Positions 19,851 through 30,576 of a DNA stretch of 64,000 nucleotides are shown here, piece after piece (position 1 is the stretch's first letter; the number at the start of each line of letters is the position of its first letter). The notes under the pieces were generated by a model, which saw only the letters and a program-made list of their open reading frames with translations, was not told the origin of the DNA and did no database searches. The translations under genes were made by a program, and so were the position numbers. Origin of the DNA: a bacterium (GTDB taxonomy: Bacteria > UBA10199 > JAIBAG01); contig JAIBAG010000001.1 in assembly GCA_019695305.1 (NCBI GenBank), positions 18,774-82,773 on the forward strand, read 5' to 3'.

Positions 19851-21548
19851 ATGACAAACAAAATATATAAATCTTTGTCTCTTACTTTAGGCTCTATTCT
19901 CATTCTTCACATTATTTTGTCTATCCCCAGTTTTTGGGTGCCCTTTTACAAGGTAGACGAACTCACAAACGCTATTTATGCCCGTTTAATTGTTAATCAT
20001 GAATTAAGCTTAAAAGACTTTTTAGGAAGCACTTATTTTTTCACTCATTATTTTTACGCTCTCATTTTTCGCTTAATCGATAACAATTCTCTTATTCCTG
20101 TACATATAGCTCATTGTCTTTGGAAATGCGGAACAATCACAGGCTTATATTTAGCCGGGAGTGAACTGAAAGATAAAAAAACAGGACTTTACGCTGCACT
20201 TTTTTATACCGTTTATAATTGGTGTTTTATGAGTAAAGACTTTCATACTCCCAGCGCCGAAAGCTTATCACTTTTACCTGCCAGCTTTACCGCCTATTTT
20301 TTATTTAAGGGCCTGCGCTTAAGTCAGCCTTATCTTTTTTTTATAACAGGAATTTTTTGTGGAATGGCGGCTCTTTTTAAAGCCCCCATGGGAATTACTT
20401 TAGTAGCACTTAATTTAGTTTTTATTTTTTATCATCAAAACAGAATTAAATCATTCTTGCTTCTTAATATAGGTTTTATTCTTACCTATTTATCTCCCAC
20501 AATTTTTTATGGCGATGTGGTGGAAGGCTTTAAAATAGTTTTTGCCACGCTGTACGATACTAAAACAGCCTACATGTCGTACCACAAAGACTCGTTTATT
20601 TATTGGGGAATAAAGTTTTTATTACGCACCATGCTTATTTTTGCTTCAACTTTTGGCATGAGCTTTTTGGCGGTATATGCCATTCGTTTTTTATTTAAAA
20701 ACAAAAATAAAAATTCTCAATGGATCCATGTATGGTTTCTTACGTTGTGGTTATTATTTTTGTGGTACGACGCGACGCTTGGAAAAAGAATTTTCTTTTA
20801 CTACTTTAAATTTATGTTGGTACCACTATCTCTTATGGCAGCTCTTAGCATTACTTCGTTAGATCATATTACAAAAAATACCACTTTCTCGTTTAAAACA
20901 TCCCGCTTTATTAAAAAGCATTTGGCTTATTTTATGCTTATTCCGCTCATTGGTTTTTCGGTTGAAGGCGCTTTTAATTTTTCTACCAAAGCAGTTATTC
21001 CTTTTAATTTTACACCGGCTATTGACTACATCAAAAGCACTACAAAACCCGACGATAAAATTTTTGTTTGGGGCTATATTCCGCAGCTTTATTTTTATAC
21101 CAATAGAGAACCCGCCTCTACCTTTTTTTGGAGCGATGTATTGGCAGGCTCTTCCCCCGGTTCGCCTGCCATGGAGTATATTCATGCTACCGGCAATAAT
21201 TTAACCCTAAGTGAAAAGCTCACCAAAGACATGGTGCCATTTTCTTTTTCCGAAGAAGAAGCCGAAAAAATTGATCATCATTCTCTGAGTAAAGTATCGG
21301 ATAACGACTTATTTACGGTAAATGAGCTTTTGGGGCGTATTGATAATGATCATTGGAAAAAGGTTTTTGATGATTTTTTTAAGCATCCCCCTGTTCTTTT
21401 TATTGATACAGCCCCTCTTAATTACCGCGGCTTTGGTTATTACCCCATTTCAAACTATGAACTGTTAAAACGTTTTATTGCCGATAATTATGTGTACGAC
21501 TCTACGGTAAGCGGCATGCCCATTTATAGGCTTAAAAATAACCTATGA
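19851..21548 (+). CDS. Polytopic membrane protein with a C-terminal soluble domain (GT-C / ArnT-PMT-like fold suspected)
   Basis: At least 10 predicted TM helices in the N-terminal two-thirds, then a ~150 aa hydrophilic domain. Its start is 1 bp after the stop of the upstream methyltransferase. Confidence 0.45.
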   Translation: MTNKIYKSLSLTLGSILILHIILSIPSFWVPFYKVDELTNAIYARLIVNHELSLKDFLGSTYFFTHYFYALIFRLIDNNSLIPVHIAHCLWKCGTITGLYLAGSELKDKKTGLYAALFYTVYNWCFMSKDFHTPSAESLSLLPASFTAYFLFKGLRLSQPYLFFITGIFCGMAALFKAPMGITLVALNLVFIFYHQNRIKSFLLLNIGFILTYLSPTIFYGDVVEGFKIVFATLYDTKTAYMSYHKDSFIYWGIKFLLRTMLIFASTFGMSFLAVYAIRFLFKNKNKNSQWIHVWFLTLWLLFLWYDATLGKRIFFYYFKFMLVPLSLMAALSITSLDHITKNTTFSFKTSRFIKKHLAYFMLIPLIGFSVEGAFNFSTKAVIPFNFTPAIDYIKSTTKPDDKIFVWGYIPQLYFYTNREPASTFFWSDVLAGSSPGSPAMEYIHATGNNLTLSEKLTKDMVPFSFSEEEAEKIDHHSLSKVSDNDLFTVNELLGRIDNDHWKKVFDDFFKHPPVLFIDTAPLNYRGFGYYPISNYELLKRFIADNYVYDSTVSGMPIYRLKNNL

Positions 21549-22234
21549 AAGAAACTAAGATTAAAAGTGCGTTTATCTGCGGCACCGACACAGGGGTAGG
21601 TAAAACCATCATCACCGCCTCAATGGCCGCCGCCTCTTTAAAAAAGGGGCAGCCCGTTGCCGTTTATAAACCGCTCGAATCGGGTCGTGCCCGTGCTGAT
21701 AGTACTTTGCTTAAAAAAATGTCGGGAATGAATGAAAAATTAAGCGAGATCAACACTTTCTTTTTCAAAAACCCGCTAGCGCCGGGTGTGGCTGCGGAGA
21801 TAGAAAAGAAAAATGTGTCGCTCACGGCAATTAAAAAGCAATTTAAAGTATTAGAAAAAAAGTACGGAACGGTTTTAGTGGAGGGAGCTGGCGGGCTGAT
21901 TGTGCCTGTATGGAAAAATAAAACAAATTTGGATTTAATTAAGTTTTTGGATATCCCGGTAATCCTCGTTGGCCGATTGGGATTGGGAACTATTAATCAT
22001 ACGCTTTTAACGCTTGAACATTTAAAACGAAACAAAATTAAAGTAGCGGGTGTCATTTTGAATCAAACTACAAAGAAAATAGGACTGGCGGAAAAAACAA
22101 ATCCTGAAATTCTTAAAAAAATGGGGGTTAAGCTGTGGGGGATTTTTCCTTATTTGCAAAAAATTGATCAGAAAACTCTGGCCCTTCACGGTTCACTCTT
22201 CACCCTTCAATTTCTTCCACCCCGAAGGCCGTAA
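21545..22234 (+). CDS. bioD: Dethiobiotin synthetase
   Basis: P-loop CGTDTGVGKT, KPLESG and EGAGGLIVP motifs typical of BioD. Confidence 0.8.
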   Translation: MKETKIKSAFICGTDTGVGKTIITASMAAASLKKGQPVAVYKPLESGRARADSTLLKKMSGMNEKLSEINTFFFKNPLAPGVAAEIEKKNVSLTAIKKQFKVLEKKYGTVLVEGAGGLIVPVWKNKTNLDLIKFLDIPVILVGRLGLGTINHTLLTLEHLKRNKIKVAGVILNQTTKKIGLAEKTNPEILKKMGVKLWGIFPYLQKIDQKTLALHGSLFTLQFLPPRRP

Positions 22235-22963
22235 TATTCTTCTACAAATCCCGCGTAAAATCGTCACTTCGCGATTGAGCAAACCTGCACGGTTAAAAAT
22301 ATTGCGCAAATCACGCATGATATGGTTGGGGTTTTGAGGGTGTAAAAAATCGATATGCAAGAGTGCTTCCTGCAGGTGGGCATATAACCCCTCTTTGCTT
22401 TTAACAGTGGCACTTTGTGCTTCTTTTTCTTCAACGGGGCTTAATTTCTTTTTTAAACTTGGTTTGGCCCCTAAAAACATCATTCTTAATTCATATAAAA
22501 CTACAACCAACGCATGCGATAAATTAAGCGATGAAAATTCTTCGGATGACGGGATTTCAACAACAGCATCACATAATAAAAGTTCTTCGTTGGATAAGCC
22601 TCTATCTTCGGGCCCAAAAACCAAAGCAATGGACCGTGGCTTTTTAAAGGCCTTAATTGTTTGCGCCAATTCGCGCGGATCTTGAGTAGCAATCCGTATA
22701 TCTTTTAACTTGCCTGAGGTACCAACAACAAAATCGCACGAGGCTAAAGCCTCCGGTAATGTGGCATAAAGTTTTGCTTTTTTAAGTACATCCTGGGCTT
22801 TTACAGAGCGATCGAGGGCTTCTGCTGCAAGATGGGAGGCTTCCGGGCTTACCAAACGCAAATCGCTAAAACCCATATTTTTAATGGCCCTTGCACAAGC
22901 ACCAATATTTCCCGCATGCTTGGGGCCCATCAGCACAATACGAATGGAATGAGGTAAAGACAT
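22193..22963 (-). CDS. trmJ: tRNA/rRNA 2'-O-methyltransferase of the SPOUT (TrmH) family, TrmJ-like
   Basis: IVLMGPKHAGNIGA..., FGPEDRGLSNEEL..., SLNLSHA SPOUT motifs plus a C-terminal extension typical of TrmJ. Start at the ATG at 22961-22963. Confidence 0.72.
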   Translation of the reverse strand: MSLPHSIRIVLMGPKHAGNIGACARAIKNMGFSDLRLVSPEASHLAAEALDRSVKAQDVLKKAKLYATLPEALASCDFVVGTSGKLKDIRIATQDPRELAQTIKAFKKPRSIALVFGPEDRGLSNEELLLCDAVVEIPSSEEFSSLNLSHALVVVLYELRMMFLGAKPSLKKKLSPVEEKEAQSATVKSKEGLYAHLQEALLHIDFLHPQNPNHIMRDLRNIFNRAGLLNREVTILRGICRRILRPSGWKKLKGEE

Positions 22964-23007
22964 GTTTTGCCCGTATATCCAAGTTGATGAGGAATGCAAA
23001 GAAAGGA

Positions 23008-23211
23008 TTAATGCACCACGCGGTCGGCGGGCATCGTTACTTTTTTGGGAGCTTTTGGTGCAGCTGGCTTGCCATCCAAAATATTTTCCAAGCGGCTTAA
23101 ATCGTCGTTTAATTTTTTCAGATCGTCACAGATGGCATTCTGCATTTGCTGCACTTCCTGCAAATGCCGATAAACCCTGAGAATCATATTTAAAACAAGA
23201 GGTTCTAACAT
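23008..23211 (-). CDS. Small hypothetical protein of 67 aa with predicted coiled coil
   Basis: ORF only. Lies between the trmJ start and the divergent folD promoter. No homology recognised. Confidence 0.3.
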   Translation of the reverse strand: MLEPLVLNMILRVYRHLQEVQQMQNAICDDLKKLNDDLSRLENILDGKPAAPKAPKKVTMPADRVVH

Positions 23212-23412
23212 ACACGTATACCGTCAATCTTGAACAATAAGGCTTTCTTTTGTTTATTTATAAAAATGCCTACAGATGAACGATGCCCCAACATATCGGC
23301 ACTGCGTTAAAAAAGTTGCTAAGTTTTTTAAATTTTTTGAAAAAAGCTGTAAGTACTGGAATTACTCATGATTTTTGTTGACGATTTGGGGGCATAAAAT
23401 TATGCATCCTGT

Positions 23413-24261
23413 ATGGCTCAAATCATCGACGGAAAAGCACTCTCCCAGCAGGTAAGAAACGATATTAAAACGAGAGTAAGCGAACTTAAAAATACAAAAA
23501 ACATCACACCGGGGCTTGCCACCATCCTTGTAGGCGAAGACCCCGCCAGCCAAGTTTATATCAACAGCAAAAATAAAATGTGTGTGGAAGCCGGCATGGC
23601 CTCGTTCCATGAACATTTACCAGCCGATACGTCCGAAGCCGATTTGCTCAAACTGATTGATAAACTCAACAACGATAAAAACGTGCACGGCATTTTAGTA
23701 CAGCTGCCTCTTCCTAAACAGATTAATGCCGATCGTGTGCTGGAAGCCATCGATCCCAAAAAAGACGTAGATGGTTTTCATCCAATCAATGTTGGTAATC
23801 TGGTTGTCGGTAAAAAATGTTTAAAACCCTGCACCCCCTACGGGATGATTAAAATGCTCGAGTCGATCAACTACGATTTAAGCGGTAAACACGCGGTGGT
23901 GATTGGCCGTAGTAATATTGTAGGTAAACCCATTGCGCTGATGCTCTTGGAAAAAAACGCGACGGTCACAATCTGTCATTCACGCACGCCCGATATTGCT
24001 TCTGTTGTAAGACAAGCCGATGTGGTGGTGGCCGCTGTGGGCCGTGCTCAATTTGTAAAAGGGGACTGGATTAAAAAAGGCGCTGTTGTGCTCGATGTCG
24101 GCATCAACCGTTTAGAGTCCGGCAAACTGGTAGGAGATGTTGATTACGAAGCAGCCTCTCAAAACGCCAGCGCCATCACCCCCGTCCCCGGCGGCGTGGG
24201 GCCCATGACGATTGCGATGCTCTTGTATAATACGGTGGAAGCAGCTGGAAACACTCTATAA
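23413..24261 (+). CDS. folD: Bifunctional methylenetetrahydrofolate dehydrogenase / methenyltetrahydrofolate cyclohydrolase
   Basis: IIDGKALS N-terminus, YINSKNK and GRSNIVGKP motifs. 282 aa. Confidence 0.92.
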   Translation: MAQIIDGKALSQQVRNDIKTRVSELKNTKNITPGLATILVGEDPASQVYINSKNKMCVEAGMASFHEHLPADTSEADLLKLIDKLNNDKNVHGILVQLPLPKQINADRVLEAIDPKKDVDGFHPINVGNLVVGKKCLKPCTPYGMIKMLESINYDLSGKHAVVIGRSNIVGKPIALMLLEKNATVTICHSRTPDIASVVRQADVVVAAVGRAQFVKGDWIKKGAVVLDVGINRLESGKLVGDVDYEAASQNASAITPVPGGVGPMTIAMLLYNTVEAAGNTL

Positions 24262-24308
24262 ATCAGCCCTTTACTTCAGCATGCCACTCATGTACATTGT
24301 ACATAGTT

Positions 24309-24563
24309 ATGAAACATTACTCCGCAACCGAAGCCCGCAAAAACTTTTTTAGCCTTCTGGACGATGCCTTGGAAGGCAACAAGGTTTATATTGAAAGAGA
24401 AGGGCACGTTTTGGAGCTTTTGCCAAAAAAGAAAAAAACCAAAAAACTTTCTTATAAAAAATTCTTCCTTTCTTCTCCTTCCGTTGATGATGCCGATACC
24501 TGGGGCTGGGAATGGAAACCTGATAGTGGACTTCATTTTATTAACAAAAAAAGAAAAAAATGA
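24309..24563 (+). CDS. Type II antitoxin, Phd/YefM-like
   Basis: MKHYSATEARKNFFSLLDDALEGNKVYIEREGH resembles the Phd/YefM N-terminal fold. The gene overlaps the downstream PIN gene by 4 bp (ATGA). Confidence 0.6.
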   Translation: MKHYSATEARKNFFSLLDDALEGNKVYIEREGHVLELLPKKKKTKKLSYKKFFLSSPSVDDADTWGWEWKPDSGLHFINKKRKK

Positions 24564-24931
24564 AGACCGTCCTTCTTGATACGCATATCCTCATTTGGCT
24601 CTTAAGCGATTCTTCCAAACTCAAAAACCTTTCGTGGCTTAGAAAGCCTTCGTATTATACAGTTTCACCTGTTTCTCTTCTGGAATTAAAATTTTTAAAT
24701 GAATGCGGAAGGCTCAATTTATCGCTCGAATCTCTAATCAAGCAATTACAAAAAGATGAAACCTACCATATCGACTCGGTTGATCTGTCCACCATATGCT
24801 TTGCAGCCTTTAATCTAGAATGGACCAGAGATCCTTTTGACAGGCTAATAACAGCTCATAGTCTGGCCAAAAAAATACCCTTGGGAACCTGCGATAACCT
24901 GATTTTAAAAAACCACAAGCTTTTGGCTTAA
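24560..24931 (+). CDS. vapC: Type II toxin, VapC-like PIN-domain ribonuclease
   Basis: LLDTHILIW (first acidic residue), DPFDRLI and the other conserved acidic PIN positions. 123 aa. Confidence 0.75.
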   Translation: MKTVLLDTHILIWLLSDSSKLKNLSWLRKPSYYTVSPVSLLELKFLNECGRLNLSLESLIKQLQKDETYHIDSVDLSTICFAAFNLEWTRDPFDRLITAHSLAKKIPLGTCDNLILKNHKLLA

Positions 24932-24982
24932 ATAAGATCCTTCTTTCTTGCCATGCCCAAAAAATCTTGCTAGTCGCAATGT

Positions 24983-26065
24983 GTGCTTAAAAAAACTCCG
25001 CTCAATGAAATTCATAAATCGTTAGGTGCCCGCATGGTAGAGTTTGGCGGCTGGGAAATGCCTGTTCAATACACGGGTGTAATTGATGAACACAATGCCG
25101 TTCGCAATGCCGTTGGCCTATTTGATATCAGCCACATGGGCGAGATTATTGTTGAGGGCGAACTCGCCAAAGATTTCATCAATTACATCACCACCAATAA
25201 AATCGATAAAATTAAAGACGGAGGCTGCCAATATGCCGCCGTATGTAACCCAGATGGCGGCTGCGTGGATGATGTGATTAGCTACCAGTACAACCCTCAG
25301 AAATATCTGGTAGTGGTGAACGCCTCTAACACCGATAAAGATTTTGCCTGGTTTACTGAAAACAACATGCATGGGGTTTCTATTGCCAACGTCAGCCCCC
25401 AATATTGCCAATTAGCCCTCCAGGGCCCAAAAGCAGAGGCAACACTCCAGCCATTAATCCGCTTTCCTCTGGGCGATCTCAAATATTACACTTTTTGCGA
25501 AACCGAAATGAAAGGCATCCCCATCATCCTCTCGCGCACGGGCTACACCGGCGAAGATGGATTTGAAATTTACGGGGCATCAAACCGAGCCGTGGATTTA
25601 TGGAACATGCTGATGAAAGCGGGCGAAGCCCATGGTATTAAGCCTATCGGTTTGGCGGCCCGCGACACCTTAAGATTGGAACCTTCTTACTCGCTTTATG
25701 GCCACGAAATTACCGATACTGTTAATCCATTAGAAGCAAGGCTTGGATGGGTAGTAGCACTTGACAAACCCGACTTTATTGGCAAAGACTCACTTGAAAA
25801 AATAAAGCAAAGCGGGGTAAAACGCACCATTATCGGTTTGGAAATGATCGATAAAGCAGTTCCCCGCCAAGGTTACGAAATTGAAAATGCGAGTGGCAAA
25901 ATAGGGGTGGTAACGAGTGGCACTTTTTCTCCCACACTCGAAAAATCGATCGCCATGGCATTGATTGATAAAAAAGCTGCCGATCATGATGAATTTTTTG
26001 TAGTGGTGCGCGGTAAAAAAATGAAAGCTAAAAAAATATCTCTGCCTTTTTATAAAAGAAAGTAG
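24983..26065 (+). CDS. gcvT: Glycine cleavage system aminomethyltransferase T
   Basis: Family-wide similarity (KTPL...GARMVEFGGWEMPVQY, DISHMG). GTG start at 24983. Confidence 0.9.
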   Translation: MLKKTPLNEIHKSLGARMVEFGGWEMPVQYTGVIDEHNAVRNAVGLFDISHMGEIIVEGELAKDFINYITTNKIDKIKDGGCQYAAVCNPDGGCVDDVISYQYNPQKYLVVVNASNTDKDFAWFTENNMHGVSIANVSPQYCQLALQGPKAEATLQPLIRFPLGDLKYYTFCETEMKGIPIILSRTGYTGEDGFEIYGASNRAVDLWNMLMKAGEAHGIKPIGLAARDTLRLEPSYSLYGHEITDTVNPLEARLGWVVALDKPDFIGKDSLEKIKQSGVKRTIIGLEMIDKAVPRQGYEIENASGKIGVVTSGTFSPTLEKSIAMALIDKKAADHDEFFVVVRGKKMKAKKISLPFYKRK

Positions 26066-26070
26066 GTTTT

Positions 26071-26457
26071 ATGGAATTTCCAGGTGATTTAAAATACTCC
26101 AAAGAACATGAATGGATCCGCATTGAAGGTAAAGTGGCCACTATTGGCATCACCGACTTTGCCCAAGATCAATTGGGAGATGTCGTGATGGTAGAATTTC
26201 CTAACGAAGGTGCCATCCTTACCAAAGACGAAACCTTTGGTGTGGTGGAATCGGTAAAATCTGTGAGCGATGTGTTTGCTCCCATTTCGGGCAAAGTGTT
26301 AGAAACCAACGAACCCTTAGCCGACAGCCCGGGCATTATTAACGAAGATTGTTATAACGAAGGTTGGATCATTAAAATGGAAATTACGGATCCTAAGCAA
26401 GTAGACGAATTATTAACAGTGGACCAATACAAGGCTTACTTGGCCGAACAAGGCTAA
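26071..26457 (+). CDS. gcvH: Glycine cleavage system H protein
   Basis: Lipoyl-lysine motif ESVKSVSDV and YSKEHEW N-terminus. Confidence 0.92.
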   Translation: MEFPGDLKYSKEHEWIRIEGKVATIGITDFAQDQLGDVVMVEFPNEGAILTKDETFGVVESVKSVSDVFAPISGKVLETNEPLADSPGIINEDCYNEGWIIKMEITDPKQVDELLTVDQYKAYLAEQG

Positions 26458-26458
26458 T

Positions 26459-29338
26459 ATGGACTCTCACGAATCTTTTGCACGCCGGCATTTGGGATTA
26501 AACGAACGTGAAACCCAAATTATGCTGGCCTATTTGGGCTATAAAAATATCGACTCTTTTATAGACGCTGTAGTTCCCGCCAATATTCGTCTTAAAAAAG
26601 AACTCAATTTGGGACCCGGCGTTTCGGAGCGCGAAGCACTTATTGAACTCAAAGAACTTTCCCGTAAAAACAAGGTTTTTAAAAATTACATTGGCATGGG
26701 TTATGCCGATTGCATGACACCCTCGGTAATTTTACGCAATATCATGGAAGATCCGGGTTGGTACACACAGTACACTCCCTATCAATCCGAAATTTCTCAG
26801 GGGCGCCTGGAAGCGCTTCTCAACTTTCAAACGCTCATTTGCGATTTGACTAAAATGGATATTGCCAATGCGTCACTTTTAGACGAAGCCACCGCCACCG
26901 CCGAAGCCATGAGCATGTGCTTTAATTTAAAGGAAAATGACTCCAATCTGTTTTTTGTATCCGATAAATGCCATCCGCAAAATATTGCCGTTGTACAAAC
27001 ACGCGCTAAACCTTTGGGAATTAACGTAGTGGTTGGCGATTATAAAAAATTTGATTTTTCGCAAAAAGTATTTGGCGTTTTACTCCAATATCCCGACACT
27101 ACCGGCAGCATTGAAAGTTACGGCGATTTTATTACCAAAGTAAAAGCTCAAGGAGGCCTCTCGGTTGTTTCGGCCGATTTAATGAGTTTAGTGCTTATTA
27201 CCCCTCCGGGTGAATTTGGCGCCGATATTGTGGTGGGATGTGCGCAACGTTTTGGTGTGCCCTTAGGCTACGGCGGCCCTCATGCCGCTTATATGGCTAC
27301 ACGGGATGATTTTAAACGCAAACTCCCTGGCCGTTTGGTGGGTGTATCTAAAGATGCCCAGGGAAATCCGGCTATTCGTCTTACCTTGCAGACGCGTGAA
27401 CAGCACATTCGACGTGACAAGGCCACCAGCAACATTTGTACTGCCCAAGTTTTACTTGCCGTAATGGCTTCTATGTATGCCGTGTATCATGGGCCAGAGG
27501 GATTAAAGGCCATTGCCACAAAAATTAACTTTATGGCCCGCCTGTTAAAAGAAGGGCTTCTTGGTTTGGGTTTAAAAGTAGCCGACAATGCTTTTTTTGA
27601 CACGCTCACCGTTAATTTAGATAGTGATACCGCCCAAAAAATTATTAATTTGGCCCGCAACCGTGAAATGAATTTCCGTAATTTTGAAAACGGTGCCATT
27701 GGGCTTGCGGTAGATGAAACCACCAGTGAAAAAGACGTAGAAAAAGTACTTACTGTTTTTCAGAATGTATTGGAAAAAAACTCACCGCAAAAATTATCAA
27801 TAGCTGTAAAGCCAGAAGGGTTAAAACCTTCTTTTTCTAAAAACTTTGCTCGCACCAGTACCTTCTTAACGCACCCTTCTTTTAATACTTATCATAGCGA
27901 AACCGAAATGCTGCGTTATATGAACCGCTTAAAAGCAAAAGATTTATCGCTCACTACCTCCATGATTCCTCTTGGTTCGTGCACCATGAAACTCAATGCC
28001 ACAACCGAGATGATGCCGGTTACCTGGAATGGTTTTTCCAAACTCCATCCCTTTGTACCCGTTGAACAAGCCCCCGGTTATACCGAAATGAACACGCAGC
28101 TAGAAGCATGGCTGAGTGAAATTACAGGTTTTGCAGCAACTTCGTTACAACCTAATGCCGGCAGCCAGGGTGAATATGCCGGACTTTTGGTCATTGCGGC
28201 TTATCACGAAGCACGCGGTGAAGCGCATCGTAATGTATGCCTTATTCCTCAATCGGCTCATGGTACTAACCCTGCAACAGCAGCAATGGCGGGCATGGAG
28301 GTTGTGGTGGTGAAGTGCGATAAAAATGGAAACGTGGATATCAGCGATTTACAAGCTAAAGCCAAAGAACATTCTAAAAACTTGGCTGCACTCATGATTA
28401 CTTATCCGTCTACACACGGTGTGTTTGAAGAAGAAATTAAAGAAATTTGTGCCATTATCCATCAACAAGGTGGCCAGGTATATATGGATGGCGCCAATAT
28501 GAATGCTCAGGTAGGACTTACTCGTCCTGGCGATTTTGGAGCGGATGTTTGCCATCTTAATTTGCACAAAACCTTTTGCATCCCGCACGGGGGTGGTGGC
28601 CCAGGAATTGGCCCTATTTGTGTAGCGGAGCACTTAAAAGAATTTTTGCCCAATAATCCGGTAGTACCTATGGGCGGCAAACAATCGGTGGGCGCGGTTT
28701 CGGCAGCCCCCTGGGGTTCAGCCAGCATTTTACCCATTCCCTACACCTATATCCGCATGATGGGCTTTAGCGGCCTTAAGCAAGCCACTCAGGTGGCTAT
28801 TTTAAATGCCAACTACATGGCCAAAAAACTTTCTCCTCATTATCCTGTTCTTTATAAAGGCAAAAGCGGTTTGGTTGCGCACGAATGTATTATTGATTTA
28901 CGCCCGTTAAAAACAACATCGGGTGTTGAAGTGGAAGATGTAGCAAAAAGACTGATGGATTATGGTTTTCATGCTCCCACGGTTTCCTTTCCTGTGCCCG
29001 GAACCTTGATGGTGGAACCAACAGAAAGCGAAAGCTTGGCCGAACTCGATCGTTTTTGCGAGGCCATGATTCTCATTAAAAAAGAAATTGATGATATTGC
29101 TAGTGGCAAAATGGATAAGCAAAATAACCCGCTTAAAAACGCCCCGCATACAGCTACAGTTGTAACCGCTACCTCTTGGGATAAACCCTATAGCCGCGAA
29201 CAAGCCGCCTACCCCGCGCCTTGGTTACGCGACCATAAATACTGGCCTCCCGTCTCCCGCGTGGACAATGTATATGGGGATCGCAATGTGTTTTGCAGCT
29301 GTATCCCTGTGCAAGATGCTGAAATTACGCAGAGTTAG
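26459..29338 (+). CDS. gcvP: Glycine dehydrogenase (decarboxylating), single-chain P protein
   Basis: 959 aa. Two PLP-fold halves, including the [19 protein letters not shown] region. Confidence 0.95.
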   Translation: MDSHESFARRHLGLNERETQIMLAYLGYKNIDSFIDAVVPANIRLKKELNLGPGVSEREALIELKELSRKNKVFKNYIGMGYADCMTPSVILRNIMEDPGWYTQYTPYQSEISQGRLEALLNFQTLICDLTKMDIANASLLDEATATAEAMSMCFNLKENDSNLFFVSDKCHPQNIAVVQTRAKPLGINVVVGDYKKFDFSQKVFGVLLQYPDTTGSIESYGDFITKVKAQGGLSVVSADLMSLVLITPPGEFGADIVVGCAQRFGVPLGYGGPHAAYMATRDDFKRKLPGRLVGVSKDAQGNPAIRLTLQTREQHIRRDKATSNICTAQVLLAVMASMYAVYHGPEGLKAIATKINFMARLLKEGLLGLGLKVADNAFFDTLTVNLDSDTAQKIINLARNREMNFRNFENGAIGLAVDETTSEKDVEKVLTVFQNVLEKNSPQKLSIAVKPEGLKPSFSKNFARTSTFLTHPSFNTYHSETEMLRYMNRLKAKDLSLTTSMIPLGSCTMKLNATTEMMPVTWNGFSKLHPFVPVEQAPGYTEMNTQLEAWLSEITGFAATSLQPNAGSQGEYAGLLVIAAYHEARGEAHRNVCLIPQSAHGTNPATAAMAGMEVVVVKCDKNGNVDISDLQAKAKEHSKNLAALMITYPSTHGVFEEEIKEICAIIHQQGGQVYMDGANMNAQVGLTRPGDFGADVCHLNLHKTFCIPHGGGGPGIGPICVAEHLKEFLPNNPVVPMGGKQSVGAVSAAPWGSASILPIPYTYIRMMGFSGLKQATQVAILNANYMAKKLSPHYPVLYKGKSGLVAHECIIDLRPLKTTSGVEVEDVAKRLMDYGFHAPTVSFPVPGTLMVEPTESESLAELDRFCEAMILIKKEIDDIASGKMDKQNNPLKNAPHTATVVTATSWDKPYSREQAAYPAPWLRDHKYWPPVSRVDNVYGDRNVFCSCIPVQDAEITQS

Positions 29339-29367
29339 GCTGTTTTTTCAAAAAAATCACATTTTAA

Positions 29368-29394
29368 AAAAAATCCCTCAAGTTTAAGCACTTT
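29368..29394 (+). promoter_or_regulatory. Candidate sigma-28 (FliA) type promoter upstream of the flagellin gene
   Basis: TCAAGTTT-N11-GCCGTACA compared with the consensus TAAAGTTT-N11-GCCGATAA. About 70 nt upstream of the fliC start. Confidence 0.35.
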
Positions 29395-29463
29395 CTGCCG
29401 TACAGCGTAAATGAGGGATGTTTTAGTCGGCAAAAGCTGCCGCCCCTCGCAGAAAGGGTTTTT

Positions 29464-30273
29464 ATGATTTCGGGGATCAAAAGCGGCAATAATTATGCAC
29501 TTAATGCCTTACACCGCACCAATAAAAAACAGCAGGATAATTTTAACCAGCTTTCTACCGGTAAACGCGTCACCAAAGGCGCCGATGATCCGTTGGCCTT
29601 AACCAAAATAGGCAAACTGGTTTCGGACTATAAAGGGTTAGAAACATCCCTCGCGCAAACTTCCAGCGCCCAAGATACAGTAAACATTGCTTCCGGTGGG
29701 CTTTCGTCGGTTCTTGAAAATTTACAAAACTTGCGTACGGTTGCGCTACAAGCAGCCGACGACAATGCCAGCAGCAGCGATAGACGTGCTTTTGAAACTT
29801 ATAAAGCCGAAACTTTAAATCAAATTAACGCCACGGCGGGTAGCGTGAATAATGGTTCACAAAATTTATTAGATGGAACCTATAACAATAGAAATATTCA
29901 GGTAGGTCCTAATGCCGGCGAAACAGTTAATATTGATATAGAAGCAGCCAATACATCGGCTCTGCATTTAACCGATCTCGATTTTTCATCGGCCAGCGGA
30001 GCCCAGTCTGCCATCGAATCTATCGATCAGGCTATTGGAAACGTTTTGTCTTCAATGAGTGATTTAGGTTCTAAAAGCAATAGATTGGACGCCGCGTACG
30101 AAAGTAACCAATCTAAAAAAGAATCTATTGCCTCGGCCAAAAGTGAAATTGAAGATTTAGATTACGCTAAAGCGCTTACCGACGCCAAGGCACTCGATTT
30201 TCAAAAACGAGCCGTGATTAGTTTACTCAGCACGCTCAATAGTTCGGCCAGCACCTTAAGCAAGCTGGTTTGA
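29464..30273 (+). CDS. fliC: Flagellin
   Basis: Conserved flagellin N-terminal helix region (NALHRTNKKQQDNFNQLSTGKRVTKGADDP) and C-terminal region (DLGSKSNRLDAAYESNQ...LDYAKALTDAKALDFQKRAVISLLS). Confidence 0.85.
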   Translation: MISGIKSGNNYALNALHRTNKKQQDNFNQLSTGKRVTKGADDPLALTKIGKLVSDYKGLETSLAQTSSAQDTVNIASGGLSSVLENLQNLRTVALQAADDNASSSDRRAFETYKAETLNQINATAGSVNNGSQNLLDGTYNNRNIQVGPNAGETVNIDIEAANTSALHLTDLDFSSASGAQSAIESIDQAIGNVLSSMSDLGSKSNRLDAAYESNQSKKESIASAKSEIEDLDYAKALTDAKALDFQKRAVISLLSTLNSSASTLSKLV

Positions 30274-30488
30274 TAATATGAAAAAATCTCGTCTTTATAG
30301 CGACGAGAAAATATCAGATGCAAGGCGCCTGAGGAGACCCGACTGAGGCGTATCGTGAATACGCCGCAGGGAGTGGTCGACGAAGGCAACGCGGCCACGA
30401 AGTGGTCCCCTTGGGACAGATGATGTTTTATCGTCGCTATAAAGTCTTAATCCCGTGTTCCTCCTCGGAACACTTTATTACCCTAACG

Positions 30489-30526
30489 CAAGCCCCCCGG
30501 ATGGTCCGGGGGGCTTGTAATTTCTT
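30489..30526 (+). terminator. Rho-independent terminator lying ~215 nt downstream of the fliC stop
   Basis: 12-bp GC-rich stem CAAGCCCCCCGG/CCGGGGGGCTTG with loop ATGGT, followed by TAATTTCTT. Confidence 0.65.
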
Positions 30527-30576
30527 GCACCTTCTTGACGCTTTTATTATGAGTACCCCAACACACTGGGGGCTCT

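Noticed and set aside
29339-29463. Sigma-54 promoter upstream of flagellin
   Set aside because: No GG-N10-GC element with TGGCAC/TTGC character was found. The sigma-28-like match is better, though still tentative.
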